This document shows positions 45,023 to 55,671 of a stretch of DNA of 64,000 bases, piece after piece. The notes under the pieces are model-generated. The model ran no database searches and was not told where the DNA came from. It saw nothing but the letters and a program-made list of their open reading frames with translations. Positions within the stretch are counted from its first letter, which is position 1; each line of letters starts with the position of its first letter. The position numbers and the translations under genes were made by a program. Source of the stretch: Mantamonas sphyraenae STR306 (lineage: Eukaryota; Protista; CRuMs); NCBI GenBank assembly GCA_026936335.1, contig JAPMXV010000021.1, positions 62,001 to 126,000 of the forward strand. The letters are read 5' to 3'.

Positions 45023-46283
45023 TCATTCTTCCTCTTCGGTGTCCATTCCATCCTGCTTGTCCTCTGTGCCATCATCCTCGTTGTCATCCTCCTCATCATC
45101 TTCTTCCTCTTCCTCGTTGTATGCGTCGCCATAGGCAGCGAGGGCGTCGAGAAACTCGTTGATGCCTCCCATGCTGGGCACATCCAGGTCGAAGCTCTGC
45201 AGGAGCTGACTGAGCTGACGTGAGTTGACCAGCGAGTGGAGCTGGTGCACGGCTGCGTTGAACACGGAACTGTGCAGCATGTCCGTAAACTCCTCCGGGG
45301 TTTGCAGACCCTCGGGAAGGTAGTCGATCAGGTCGCCAATCACCTCTTCATCACGAAACACAGGACGAAGGTTCTCGCCACTGAGGATGTCCGACAAGTG
45401 GGCACGTGCGGGTTGGTTGAGTCCTCCCATGCCTCCCATGCCTCGCAGGGTTTGTTGCCAAAACGCAGGTGACAACATGGCCCCTCCGTTGTTGCCACCA
45501 CCTCCACCACCACCACCACTCGGGGTTCCTTGCCCTCCTGCCCGGCCTGCCATGTTCTGCAACATTTGCATCATGTTGTTGTGACCCGGGTTTCCCCCGT
45601 GTGCCCCTGCGCCAAATCCTCCCAGGGCACCCATTCCGCCCTGGCCAAACATCATCTGCTGCGGCGTTGTGCCCTGTCCCGCCGGCGTGCTGAACTCCTC
45701 GTCTCCCCCACCCATTGGGTTGGCCAGACGTGCGTTGATCTTGTCGCTGTACTCCTCGTCCTTGTCCTCCTTGGGCTCCTGCATCCAAAAGAACTCCAGG
45801 CGCTCCGAGCCCTGGAACTTGAGCACAAACACTCGCGAGTTGGTGGCGTTGTCTGCGGCCTCCTCCACCTTTTCCCACTTGGCCTCTTCAGGCATCAGCA
45901 GAATGTCCTGTGTGGCCATGCGTCACGCCTGTCAGTCCTTCTCTTCCATCACCCACGCCCTCCCACGCGCCCGTGGAGGGTTTCCCGCGCGCCCGGCGGA
46001 ATTGGAGAACGCTCTCGCTCTCTCTCTCCCTCGCTCTTTCTCTCTCTGCTTTCTTTCTTTGTGTGCATGTGCCACGTACATCCTCCAACACGTTGTTGGG
46101 CCGTGTGCGCCATTGCAGGTGCAGCAGGCCGTCGGACATCACCAGTTGCAGGAGTCCCTTGCGAGTGTCGGCCCGCACCTTGCCACCGCTCAGGTGCATG
46201 CGTCCAGCACGGAATGAAAGGATCGTTGGCGACTGCTGCGGTGCAGGCGTGTTCATTCCAAAGCCCTGATTGAATCCAAACAT
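45023..46283 (-). CDS. ADRM1: Proteasomal ubiquitin receptor RPN13/ADRM1
   Basis: Exons 46283-46080 and 45907-45023 (GTACGT..CAG, phase 0). Pru domain FRAGRM, DTRKG, LHLQW, RVFVLKF, FFWMQEP; C-terminal UCH37-binding region (YLPEG..). Confidence 0.95.
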
Positions 46284-46367
46284 TTTCTTTGCAATGGGGC
46301 AATCAGGGCGCTGTCATTAATCAATCAGGATCGCAACAATCGCTCACCCTTCCGCTCACCCTTCCAC

Positions 46368-48359
46368 TCAGCCTCCTTCGGCCTCCTCTTCCTCACGGAG
46401 CAACCTTTCCAGGATCTCTTCGTCGGTGGGCTCGTGGTCAAACGGATACAGCAGGCGTCCTTCGCGCAAGACCTGCAGGGCGCAGGCAAAGCACACTTCG
46501 TGGCACATGGGCACAGGTTCCAGACCACTGATGATCACCTGCCACTGTACAAAGGTTGCCGTGGTTGCAAACCTTGGCCCCTGGCACATGGTGCACTCTT
46601 CAGCACCATGTAGTTTGTCCAGCACCTCATACGGAAGCATGTCCTCCTCGTACGGCACCTCGTTCACCAGCACACAATGCGCTGCCCATTCCCACAGGAA
46701 TGGGATGATAGCACCACCGGTTTCGTCGTCGTCCTCCTCCTCCTCCGCCTCCTCCTCCCCATCCGCCTCATCATCCTCATCCTCGTGCTCCATCTCGCCT
46801 TTCTTCCCATCCTCTTCTTCGTTGCCCTCCCCGCCTTCCACCGCAATCACATGTACATCGCCCTGTTCGTCGTAGTTGGTCCTTTCGCTGGGTTCGCTGT
46901 CGTACTCGTAGCCCAGGTCGAGCGAGGTGGGCTCGTTCCACTGCGAGGCCCACTCGAGGGCGACCTGCGCTGTGGGATCGTCGCGACGGTAGACATGAAA
47001 GGGATTGGAGCGTTTGTCCAGCACACGCAGGTTGAGACGGGCCATCTCTGCAGGCAGACACTGTTGGCCACACTCGTTGATGTTGAGCGTCTGCAGATTG
47101 GTCAGTTTGCCCAGGGTGCGTGGCAGCATGGTCTGCAGTGCCAGCGAGTTGTGACCCAACTGCAGTGATTCCAGCTGTACGAGAGATCCCAGGTCGTGGG
47201 GCAAGAACAAAAGGTTGTTGTTGCGCAGATCCAGCTGTTGCAAGTTGGTCATCTGTGTCAGGGACGGAGGCAGGACCCGCAGCTTGTTGCCCTGCAACCA
47301 AAGCGAGGTCATCGATTGCATGGCTCCCATGTCCTCGGGCAGTTCCTCCAGCTTGTTGTCAAAGGCATAGAGCCAGCGGAGGTTGGAGAGGTGAGTGATG
47401 CTGTCCGGGAGACGGCGCAGCTGGTTTCCACGCACACTCAGGGTGTTGATCTCCGTCATGAGCCCTATGGACTCGGGCAACTCCGTTAGGTGGTTTCCCT
47501 GCAGTGCCAGAATTCTCATGTCGGGATAATAGTGGCCCAGTTCGGGCAACTCGGTGATCAGATTGTTGCTCATGTTCAGCAGCCTCAACGACGACAGCTG
47601 CAACAATGGCTCCGGATAGGCCATGAGACGGTTGCTTCGCAATGAAAGGTGGCGTAGCAACACCAGCTGACTGATTTCCATGGGCACAGCGGTCAGCATG
47701 TTGTCCATGAGGTCCAGGTGTGTCAGCTGCTTTCCCAGTGCACACAATGCCAAGGGGAATCCATCCAAACTGTTGGTGGACAAGTTGATCCGTTCTAGAG
47801 ACGGGTGTTCGCCCACGTAGTCGTCGATGTGGCGGATGGCATTGAGGGAAAGGTCAACACCAGTGAGGCGGGTGCAGTGCATCAACGTGCGCGGAAACTC
47901 CGTCAGCTTGTTACCACGCAAGGAAAGCCGTTCCAGGCATTCGAGGTTGCACAGGGCATCGTCTGCAATGACCTGCAGCTTGTTATGAGACAGGTTGAGC
48001 TGCACCAGGTTGGTCAAAGAGTTGAGCTCGTCAGGGATCAAGCGCAGGGCGTTTCGCTTGATGCTGAGCAATTGAAGCTCCGTGTGCTCGGTTATGTTGT
48101 GAAAAGAACGCAGAAGGTTGTTGTCCAGACGCCATTTGTGGACAGGGTGGGGCGCTGGGCGATCCGACGAATTCTCGCCGTCGTCGGCAGCGGCACGGTC
48201 CAGCGGACCCTCGGGGGGTCTGTCTGGGGCAAGGTAGGGCACACGTGTGAGACATCGGTTGAAATGGTCCACTGCAATCTCGTCTCCCTGCTCGTAGGGC
48301 AGCTTGTCGTCCCAGTTGGCAATTTGAAGAATGCCAAAGTTGACTTTGTGCGGCTCCAT
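46368..48359 (-). CDS. Leucine-rich repeat protein with C-terminal BC-box-like and Cys-rich region
   Basis: About 16-17 LxxLxLxxNxL repeats, an acidic linker, then PFLWEWAAHCV..LP..CTMC..CHEVCFAC. First ATG clear of the SMC gene is 48359. Confidence 0.88.
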   Translation of the reverse strand: MEPHKVNFGILQIANWDDKLPYEQGDEIAVDHFNRCLTRVPYLAPDRPPEGPLDRAAADDGENSSDRPAPHPVHKWRLDNNLLRSFHNITEHTELQLLSIKRNALRLIPDELNSLTNLVQLNLSHNKLQVIADDALCNLECLERLSLRGNKLTEFPRTLMHCTRLTGVDLSLNAIRHIDDYVGEHPSLERINLSTNSLDGFPLALCALGKQLTHLDLMDNMLTAVPMEISQLVLLRHLSLRSNRLMAYPEPLLQLSSLRLLNMSNNLITELPELGHYYPDMRILALQGNHLTELPESIGLMTEINTLSVRGNQLRRLPDSITHLSNLRWLYAFDNKLEELPEDMGAMQSMTSLWLQGNKLRVLPPSLTQMTNLQQLDLRNNNLLFLPHDLGSLVQLESLQLGHNSLALQTMLPRTLGKLTNLQTLNINECGQQCLPAEMARLNLRVLDKRSNPFHVYRRDDPTAQVALEWASQWNEPTSLDLGYEYDSEPSERTNYDEQGDVHVIAVEGGEGNEEEDGKKGEMEHEDEDDEADGEEEAEEEEDDDETGGAIIPFLWEWAAHCVLVNEVPYEEDMLPYEVLDKLHGAEECTMCQGPRFATTATFVQWQVIISGLEPVPMCHEVCFACALQVLREGRLLYPFDHEPTDEEILERLLREEEEAEGG

Positions 48360-48491
48360 CGTCGAGGGACGTTGCTGTGGATTCGGGTTGGAGCTGTGCT
48401 GTCTGTGTTGCGAGCGCAAGCGGGAGTTTTTCCCGGGAGAAATCGGGAGTTGGTGGCCAATGCGCAGGCCTTTGCAGTGAAATTGCCCTTG

Positions 48492-51400
48492 ATGAGCTCC
48501 AGCGCCAGCGCTCCCCGCATTGCAAGCGTGGTGCTGCACAACTTCAAGTGCTATCACGGCACACATACAGTGGAGCTTCCAGCCAGCGGGATTCACATGA
48601 TTGCAGGTGAGTGAGGCGGAAGCGGGTTAGCTTGAATTTTCAGGCAGGAGTTCCTGACAAGGCTGGGCGGATGGCCAGGAGCAAACGGTTCTGGCAAATC
48701 AGTGATCTTGGATGCACTCTGTTTGTGCATGGGCCACGCATTGGGCGACTTGCGGGTGCAGAGTGCGGCTGATCTCGTGTACAAGGGTCAGGATGGGTCG
48801 GCAAAGACAGGGTGGGTGAGGATGCAGGTGGAGGAGCCCAGTACCAACGTGACGGCCAAAGTTTACGGTGGAGAGCAGTGCACCGTGGTGTACTTTGTCA
48901 ATGGACGCAAAAAGACACGCAAGGAGGTGCGACGTGTTCTGAGCGAGGAGATAGGTCTGATCTGCGCAAACGGCCAGCATGTGCTGGCACAGGGCAAGGT
49001 GGCAGATGTGATACTGCAATCACCAAAAGAGTTGGGATCCTCACTTGCAGTCGCGTGCGGCGCGTCTGCATTGCAGGAGGCAGTCGAGACGACGCGTACG
49101 TCCATGAGGGCAAGCGAGTCACACCTGCAGATGTCGGAAGAGGCTTTGGCACAGGTGGAGGCGCTTGTGATGCAGGACAGTGAGATTCTGGAGCTGATGG
49201 ACTCACACGCAGCATTGGAGGAGGACATGAGGCAAACCAAGCATGAATGGGAAGAGAAACGGCAAGGGTGTATTGCACGACGCATCAAGTGGCTGCAAGG
49301 ATGTGGAGATGAGGCAAAGGCAAGGCTTGAACGGTGTGAGAGCGATCTGGGACGGCTTCATGAAGAAGAGGAAAAGCTGAAGGATGAGAACGACGACGTG
49401 GAACAACTGATGGAGGAAGCACAGGAGAGGCTGGATGACGTTTTGGATGTGATGATGGATGTGCAGTGCAAGTACGATGAGATCAGGCGCTTTGTGGAGG
49501 ACCAGGAAGAGCGAGGGAAGCGGATGGAGGAATTGGGTGAAGAGCTTGCCGTGTGCGCAGCTCAGCTGGCGCCGGAACGGACAGAGGACAAATGGATGGA
49601 GCAAGTGGACCCAGCCTACCTGCAAGCAGTTGTAAGAGGGGACACTGACGGTCTGGATTCGATCAGGAAGGAGCTGCAGGACCTGGAGGGAAGGTTGTTC
49701 GGCAGCCAATGTCAAGTGGAGGTGCACACATCCTTGATGAAGCAGCGTGTGATCGTGCAACAGAGGCAACAGCAGCTCCAGGAAGCAAGAACTCGGTTTC
49801 ACAGGTCACAGGAACAAGTCGACAGGGTAGAGCGAGATCTGAGAGCCGGAGAGCAAGACGAGGCCGAGCCCGATTGGATGAGCTGGCCTGGGGTCATGGG
49901 AAAGTGCCAAACGCTCGTTGATGTGGATTTGGAGGTTGACCAAGACACAATGTGGGCTCTGGATGAGGTGCTGCAAGCATCTGGGGATACGGTGGTGGTT
50001 GAGAGCGAGCGACTTGCGGCCAGAGTACTGGACGAGGTAGACGAGGTTCGGCTGTGGGTGTACAACCGCCTGCATGACACAGCAGGGAGCAAACGGGTGG
50101 ACGCATGCACAAAGGCACTGGGGAGCAAAGGCGTGGTTGCGGTGGCGGATCTGTTGGACGGCGACAAAGGAATCGTGTTTGCGATGGCAGGGCGGATGAT
50201 GCTCGCTCCGAGCGATGAACTGGCTGCTCAGGTGAGCCTTGAGTACGGGTTGACGTGCATGGCCGTGTCTTCGCGCAACAGGCACACACCCGGGACGGTG
50301 AGTGGTGGGAGGCGGCGGGATGGACAGGGTGGACATGGAGGATGGGTGTCTGCAGCGTGGAAACGCAGACGCGCATCCATGTCACAGGAGAGATTGATGG
50401 ATGAGAGACGTGCATGCGAGTCTGTGGTGGATGGTGCAGAAGGGGCCGTGGAGGAAGCACAGGAGAAGGAGCGGGCCTTGTCCAGTCAGCTGGAGGAGAT
50501 GAGGAAGCATGCAGCTGTGAGACGCCATGCAGACGGGTTGAGAGCGCAATTGACATGGTTGGTTCGCATGGAGGAGAGCAAGGCCCAGGAGGATGTGCGA
50601 CGGGAACTGATGGTGCTGGCAGCTCGATGCGGGAAGCACAGTGAGGCGTTGAAGGAGACAAACAGACGGATGGAGACGCTGCTGGAGGAGCAACAGTGTC
50701 TTCTCAAGGCACAAGGGAAGATGGAGTCTATGACGAAGAGCATGGAAGAAACACGGAAAGAGATGGCGGTGTGCAGAGTTCAAGTGGCGGACGCGACCGA
50801 GCGCAAACATGAGGCAGAGGCCAGAGGCAGAGCAGTGCGAAGTTCGCTTCATCATGTGCGTGTGCAGTTGGATGATGTTGCTCGGAAGAAGCGCAAGGCT
50901 AAGGCGGAGGTTGTGCAGGCAGAGACCGACCTGTTGACATGGGAAGCTGAGTTGCGCGCAGAGGAGATTCTTCAGGATGTCATGGAGACAGAGGGAGATT
51001 CAGATATTGAGGCGGTAGACGAGGAATTCGAGAGCAGGGTGGCGGAAGTCAAGGCAGAGTTGGAGCGAGTGAGCAAGGCTGTGGCTACGCGAGGAGGCGG
51101 TGTGGAGCGGAGTGCGGCGTTGGAGCGGCGGCAAAAAGCACGGTGGATGGCATCACGGGTGGAGAGTGTACAAGAAGCACTGAAGCGCAGCAAAGAGGCT
51201 CTGGAGGCGGTAGAGAAGATGGCTGGGGAGGTGTACAAGTCTGGGGCAGCCGAGATGGCAAGCGCCATGGCGTCGCTGTTGGATCGGTACAACGTGTTGC
51301 AGGAGCATGATGTACGTGTGGCGTGGTCGCTGACGGGATCAGAAGAGACGTTGGCTTGGGTGGATCTTGGTCACAAGCGTGGGGTCGAGTCTCTGAGTGG

Positions 51401-51614
51401 TGGGGAGCGGTCGCTGTTGGGGTTGCTGTGGCATTTGGGGCTGAACAAGGTGGCTGGGAAGCAGCTGCTGCTTCTGGACGAGGTGGATGCTGCTCTGGAC
51501 GGGGACAAGGCGGTGACCATGGCGCGCATTGTGCAAGGTGAGTGTGGCCAAGGGCAGACGGTGGTGGTGTCGCATCGGCAATCGGTGCACGGCCTGCTGC
51601 AACACAACGCATGA
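48492..51614 (+). CDS. Divergent, shortened SMC-family ATPase (SMC2-like features), about 1016 aa
   Basis: Exons 48492-48606 and 48679-51614 (GTGAGT..CTGAC..CAG, phase 1) reconstitute LHNFKCY...IAGANGSGKS (Walker A). Also Q-loop AQGKV, coiled coils, central hinge-like region ending PGTVSGG, LSGGE signature, LLLLDEVDAALD and VVSH. Confidence 0.9.
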
Positions 51615-52357
51615 GTGCCTGGGGCAAGCGGGCGCAGGTGGGCGGTTCCAAGAACAGAGCCCTGCAGGAGGAGGAGGAGAACAGCGAGGAGCAGCTGACG
51701 GACAGGGACCGGGACGCTCGGTTGGCGGCGCGTCTGCAAAGCGTGCAGGTGAAGGAACAGGGAGAGGATTCCGGCGCAAGCAACACATCCAGCTCCCTAG
51801 AGGTGGGGGAAGCGTCTGTGAGCAGCTCCGTGGACGAGGGTGGCGAGGAGGAGTGGGAGGAGGCGGAGGAGGGAGACGAGGAAGACGACGAGGTGGAAGT
51901 GGACACAGCGGTTCTATTCAAGCGGATGGTGGTGTGCAGTGGTTGCAACAAGTGTGAACAGTATGAGGCCAGTGGGGGAGGGGGAGGAGGTGGAGGTGGA
52001 GGTGGAGGTGGAGGAGGAGGCAGAGGCCGCAAACGCGGCAAGCGCAGGCGGCGTGGGCGAGGCGGACGATCGGGAAAGGACGACGTGGGCAAGGACAACG
52101 GCAAGGACAAAGGAAAAGGGAAAGCAGACGAAGCAGAGGGGGAAGAGGAGGAGGAAGAGGAGGAAGAGGAGGACGTGGCGTGGGAGGGTGGAAGCTTGCC
52201 AAAAGGAGGGCGAGGAGGCAACCAGGTGCCGATGTGTGCATCATGTGGCTGCTCCATGGTGCTGCACATGGGCTCCCTGGTGTATGGGGAAGAGGAAGGA
52301 GACTTGGACAGGGAAGACTTTCCGGACGACTTTGACGATGAATGGGAGGACGAGTGA
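51611..52357 (+). CDS. Hypothetical acidic/Gly-rich protein with split Cys/His cluster
   Basis: First ATG of the frame (51611) overlaps the SMC stop (ATGA). MIU-like DARLAARLQ; CSGCNKC..Y and CASCGC...H separated by a low-complexity insert. Confidence 0.65.
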   Translation: MSAWGKRAQVGGSKNRALQEEEENSEEQLTDRDRDARLAARLQSVQVKEQGEDSGASNTSSSLEVGEASVSSSVDEGGEEEWEEAEEGDEEDDEVEVDTAVLFKRMVVCSGCNKCEQYEASGGGGGGGGGGGGGGGGRGRKRGKRRRRGRGGRSGKDDVGKDNGKDKGKGKADEAEGEEEEEEEEEEDVAWEGGSLPKGGRGGNQVPMCASCGCSMVLHMGSLVYGEEEGDLDREDFPDDFDDEWEDE

Positions 52358-52407
52358 GGAACAATGGACAAACAAGAGTTCAGTGTATATTCAGTACTAC
52401 TGTAGTC

Positions 52408-53565
52408 TCATTCAGCAGGGATTCCGAGGAGGACCTTGAAGTAGAGAACGAGGACGCCGAGGAGGGCAGAGCCAATTGCGTGGAGAGTGGCCCATGTGGC
52501 GTCGATGACGCCCAAGGAAAAGCAAGGGGACTTTGGGTAGACCTGGAGGTGTACATGGAGGGGATGAATGTCGTCATAGGTGTGCCCTGCGTTTGCAGCA
52601 ATGGCCTCGCGCATCTTGTCGTAGAGGGAAGCAAACGCAGCGCTGCACATTGCTGTGGGGACAAGGAGGGCCAGGAGAGACAACAGGCCAATGATGATGG
52701 TGAGGACAGTGAGAGCACTTGCCTCTTCCTCGTAGATGCCCGTAAAGAGGGCGCCCGTGGTAGTGAGCACAGTTTGGCCGCTGACAAAGACAACCACCAC
52801 AGCACAAAAGGGAACTGCCCGTGCGGTGGTAGCTTTGAAGCATGCGAGGCGCTCGTTGTACTTGTGGAGCAGCTGCATGGATGCGTCGACGCTGGGGTTC
52901 TCGCGAAGGGTGTCGAGCGTGTCCTGGAGCTTGGCCAGGGTGGAACGCATGGCGAGGGCCATGCCGAGGACAAATGTGCCAAAGAAGTAAGTGCTGGATT
53001 GGTGGGCCTCGACAAAGACGTCCAAGGGCACGCTGGAGAAGGGGATGGCGCTGGCGTCGAGAACGGAGAAAATCACGACGTAGAGCAGCCACACAAAGGT
53101 ACCAATCCAGGAAACGAAGCGTATGCGATGCAACAGAGTCTCGTCCGATTCTGCGTAGCTCCGAACGACACCCAAGCTCTCGGGAGAGCGGAAAAAATGG
53201 AAAAGTGTCAACGGGGAAGCTACAACCTGAACCTGCACCCATGCCTCTGAGAGGAGGATGGTGACGAGCGAGTAGCCGTTGTCGTTGAGAAGAGCAGACC
53301 AGAGGCAAAGCACAGTGGCGAGAATGGGGAAGATCCAATCGAGAATGGGGTGGGTTCGGGCCAGAGAAGGAATCCAGTGGCACCACGTGGCGCGCATTGG
53401 CAAAATGCCAAAGAAGACGCCAAACACGAGGGTAGGTGGAGACATGGCAAGTGCGAGGGATTCGTTGTGACGAAGAGTGGCATCGTGGCGTCGAGCTTGC
53501 TCCTCGTCATCGAGCATGGGCTCGTAGTCACCGCTGACCTTGGTGTGCTGCAGGTTGCCCGACAT
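52408..53565 (-). CDS. Seven-TM protein resembling gustatory-receptor-like (GRL/7TMIC) channels, 385 aa
   Basis: N-terminal re-entrant-like FFGILP, six TM helices with a long polar helical loop between TM4 and TM5, and a split final helix (CFSLGVIDATWATLHAIGSALLGVLVLYFK) ending near the C-terminus. The CDS is secure; the family call is inference. Confidence 0.7.
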   Translation of the reverse strand: MSGNLQHTKVSGDYEPMLDDEEQARRHDATLRHNESLALAMSPPTLVFGVFFGILPMRATWCHWIPSLARTHPILDWIFPILATVLCLWSALLNDNGYSLVTILLSEAWVQVQVVASPLTLFHFFRSPESLGVVRSYAESDETLLHRIRFVSWIGTFVWLLYVVIFSVLDASAIPFSSVPLDVFVEAHQSSTYFFGTFVLGMALAMRSTLAKLQDTLDTLRENPSVDASMQLLHKYNERLACFKATTARAVPFCAVVVVFVSGQTVLTTTGALFTGIYEEEASALTVLTIIIGLLSLLALLVPTAMCSAAFASLYDKMREAIAANAGHTYDDIHPLHVHLQVYPKSPCFSLGVIDATWATLHAIGSALLGVLVLYFKVLLGIPAE

Positions 53566-53689
53566 GGGGAGAAAGATGTGTTGGGTGGATTGGAGTGCGT
53601 GTGTGGTTAGTAGAGTGGAATGCTTGGGGGTGAGGGGTGAGGGGTGAGTGTGAGTGAGTGTGAGTGAGGGAATTGCCCCATGGCAGACA

Positions 53690-55631
53690 ATGGGAAACGC
53701 GTTCAAGAAGGAGGGTGGCCCAGAAGAGCAATTCCTGGAGCCGACGGGGTTGTATCCGTCGTGTGCATGGCCACAAAAGACAGTAAGCAAGATGATACGG
53801 AGTGGCAAGGTGGCACCACGGTATCCGGGGCTGGACGACAAGGAAACGGAAGATCTGGAAGAATGTGCTATCTGCATGCTGGTAGGTGGACACATGACAT
53901 GAGTGCATGCGCTGCACACGCAGTGTTGGCCATGGACGATGGTGAAAGGAAACCTCGCACACGCTCACACGCCAAGGCGACGACGCAGTGGTACCAAGGC
54001 GGCTTGAATCGGGCCAAGTGTTGCAAAGGCTCCATCTGTACAGAGTGCTATCTGCAAGTGTGTCCGCCCAGCGGCATGTCATCGTGTCCGTACTGCAACG
54101 CATCGCCCTTCAAAGTGCAATATCGGGGTGCACGGAGCGAGGCGGAACTGGCGGAGGAGGCCGCGGTGGGTTTTTCCCCGTGTCTGGTGCGGTGTGCAGT
54201 GTGTGGTGGGTTAGGCAAAGGCACTGACACGGGCAACGACGCCGGGAATGGGTGCGATGGCACGTGCACATATATACAGGAACAACGCCGTGTGGAGGAG
54301 CTGCAAATGAAGGCGGAAATCGAGCAGCGGGAACGGGAGCTGGTGAGTGAAGTGCAGAAATCGCAAGATTTTCGAGCAGGAAAAGGCTGACACAAGGCCA
54401 ACAAAAAAAAAACGCACAGAAACGGCAACAGGAGCTGGAGGAGTTGCGGAAGAGCAACCCAAATGCACAGTTGGAAATGGATCCGGAGTACAAACGGATA
54501 TTGGAGCGGCAGGAAGCGGCGGCGGCAGAGACGGCACGACGAAGGGAGGAGCGGCGGCAGAGGCGAGCAGCGCGTGAGGGCCGCAAGAGCAAGAGCAGCA
54601 GTAGAAGACATGGAGGGGCAGGAGGAGGAGGAGGAGGGACACGGTACATGACAGAGGAAGCGCAATGGCAGGCAGAAGAGGAAGCGTACCAACAAGAGCT
54701 TCTGGAACAGCAGATGATCGAAATGTACTACGCGGAAGAGAAGCGGAAGCGGGAAGAGGCGGCACGGAGACAGGCAGAAAGGCAACGAAGGAGCAGACAG
54801 ACACAGGAGGAACAGAGCACAAGTCGACTGTTTGAAGAGTTCCAACGGGAATTGCTTGGGGAGCAAGGGAAAGCGGGAGGAAGAGAACGGGCACGAGGGA
54901 GCAGCAGGGACACACAGGCGACGGGAGATGGGATGCGTGTTGGACGTGCTTCCAGTGTGGCACAGGTGGATGCATTGCCAGACGAGTTGAATGAGGATCA
55001 GTTGAAGCAGTTGCAGGGACAGATGAGCGCAGGGGATTTTGAAACGCTGATGATGAACCATGCGATTGCCATGTCGCTCAAGGCAGAGAAGCAGGGGAGA
55101 AACAAGGAGGGTGGTGGTGGTGGAGGAGGAGGAGGAGGAGGAGGAACACGTGTGTTGAGACCCGGAGAGGAGATGGAGAGTGGGTTGACAACCAGCGGAG
55201 GAGGATTCCAAGCTAATGGGAACGGGAATGGGAATGGGAACAGTCTGGTGGGATTGAGTGGGGAGATGGCAAGCACATATAGCGACCCAGGACGTGAACG
55301 CAAGGTTTTGGGGCTGCCAACGACCCCGATGCCCACATTGCCACTGACGACGACGACGACGACGACGACGACATCGACGACAACCACCACCACTACAACA
55401 AGCACCACGGCCACCACAATGATGGATGGGAACCCCGCAGGTGGACCAGGACGAGGAGATGAGGAAGGGGAAGAGCAGGAGGAGGAGGAGGAGGAGGAGG
55501 AAGACGAGGAGGAAGACGAACAGTTGCAGCTGGCGTTGCAGATGAGTCTGGGCAGCGTGGATGCATCCATGGCCACAGAGCAAAGTGTGCACACTGAGGA
55601 AGAGAAGGAGGGAGAGCAGAATGAATCGTGA
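53690..55631 (+). CDS. GW2/DA2/SIP5-family RING E3 ligase with UIM-like motifs
   Basis: Exons 53690-53881, 53989-54165, 54280-54342, 54432-55631 (all phase 0). MGN start, PTGLY..W, GKVAPRYPG, ECAICML|WY..LNRAKCCKGSICTECY...CPYC; UIM-like NHAIAMSL and EQLQLALQMSL. Confidence 0.9.
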
Positions 55632-55671
55632 TGGTTGCACAGCCCCGACCCAGCACAACGAAAAGCAAGCG

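Noticed and set aside
6567-51614. Functional cluster of chromosome-biology genes (CENP-T, RING1, CAP-D3, MSH2, SMC)
   Set aside because: They are interspersed with unrelated genes, and the count is inflated by the duplication; no enrichment can be shown from one window.
48492-52357. Bacterial SMC defence operon (Wadjet/Lamassu type) or contaminant
   Set aside because: The SMC gene has a spliceosomal intron interrupting the Walker A region and SMC2-like features; no kleisin, KITE or nuclease partner is recognisable next to it.
53625-53670. (TGAGGGG)n/(TGAG)n tract resembling telomeric repeat
   Set aside because: Only about three degenerate units in a short intergenic gap within a G-rich domain.
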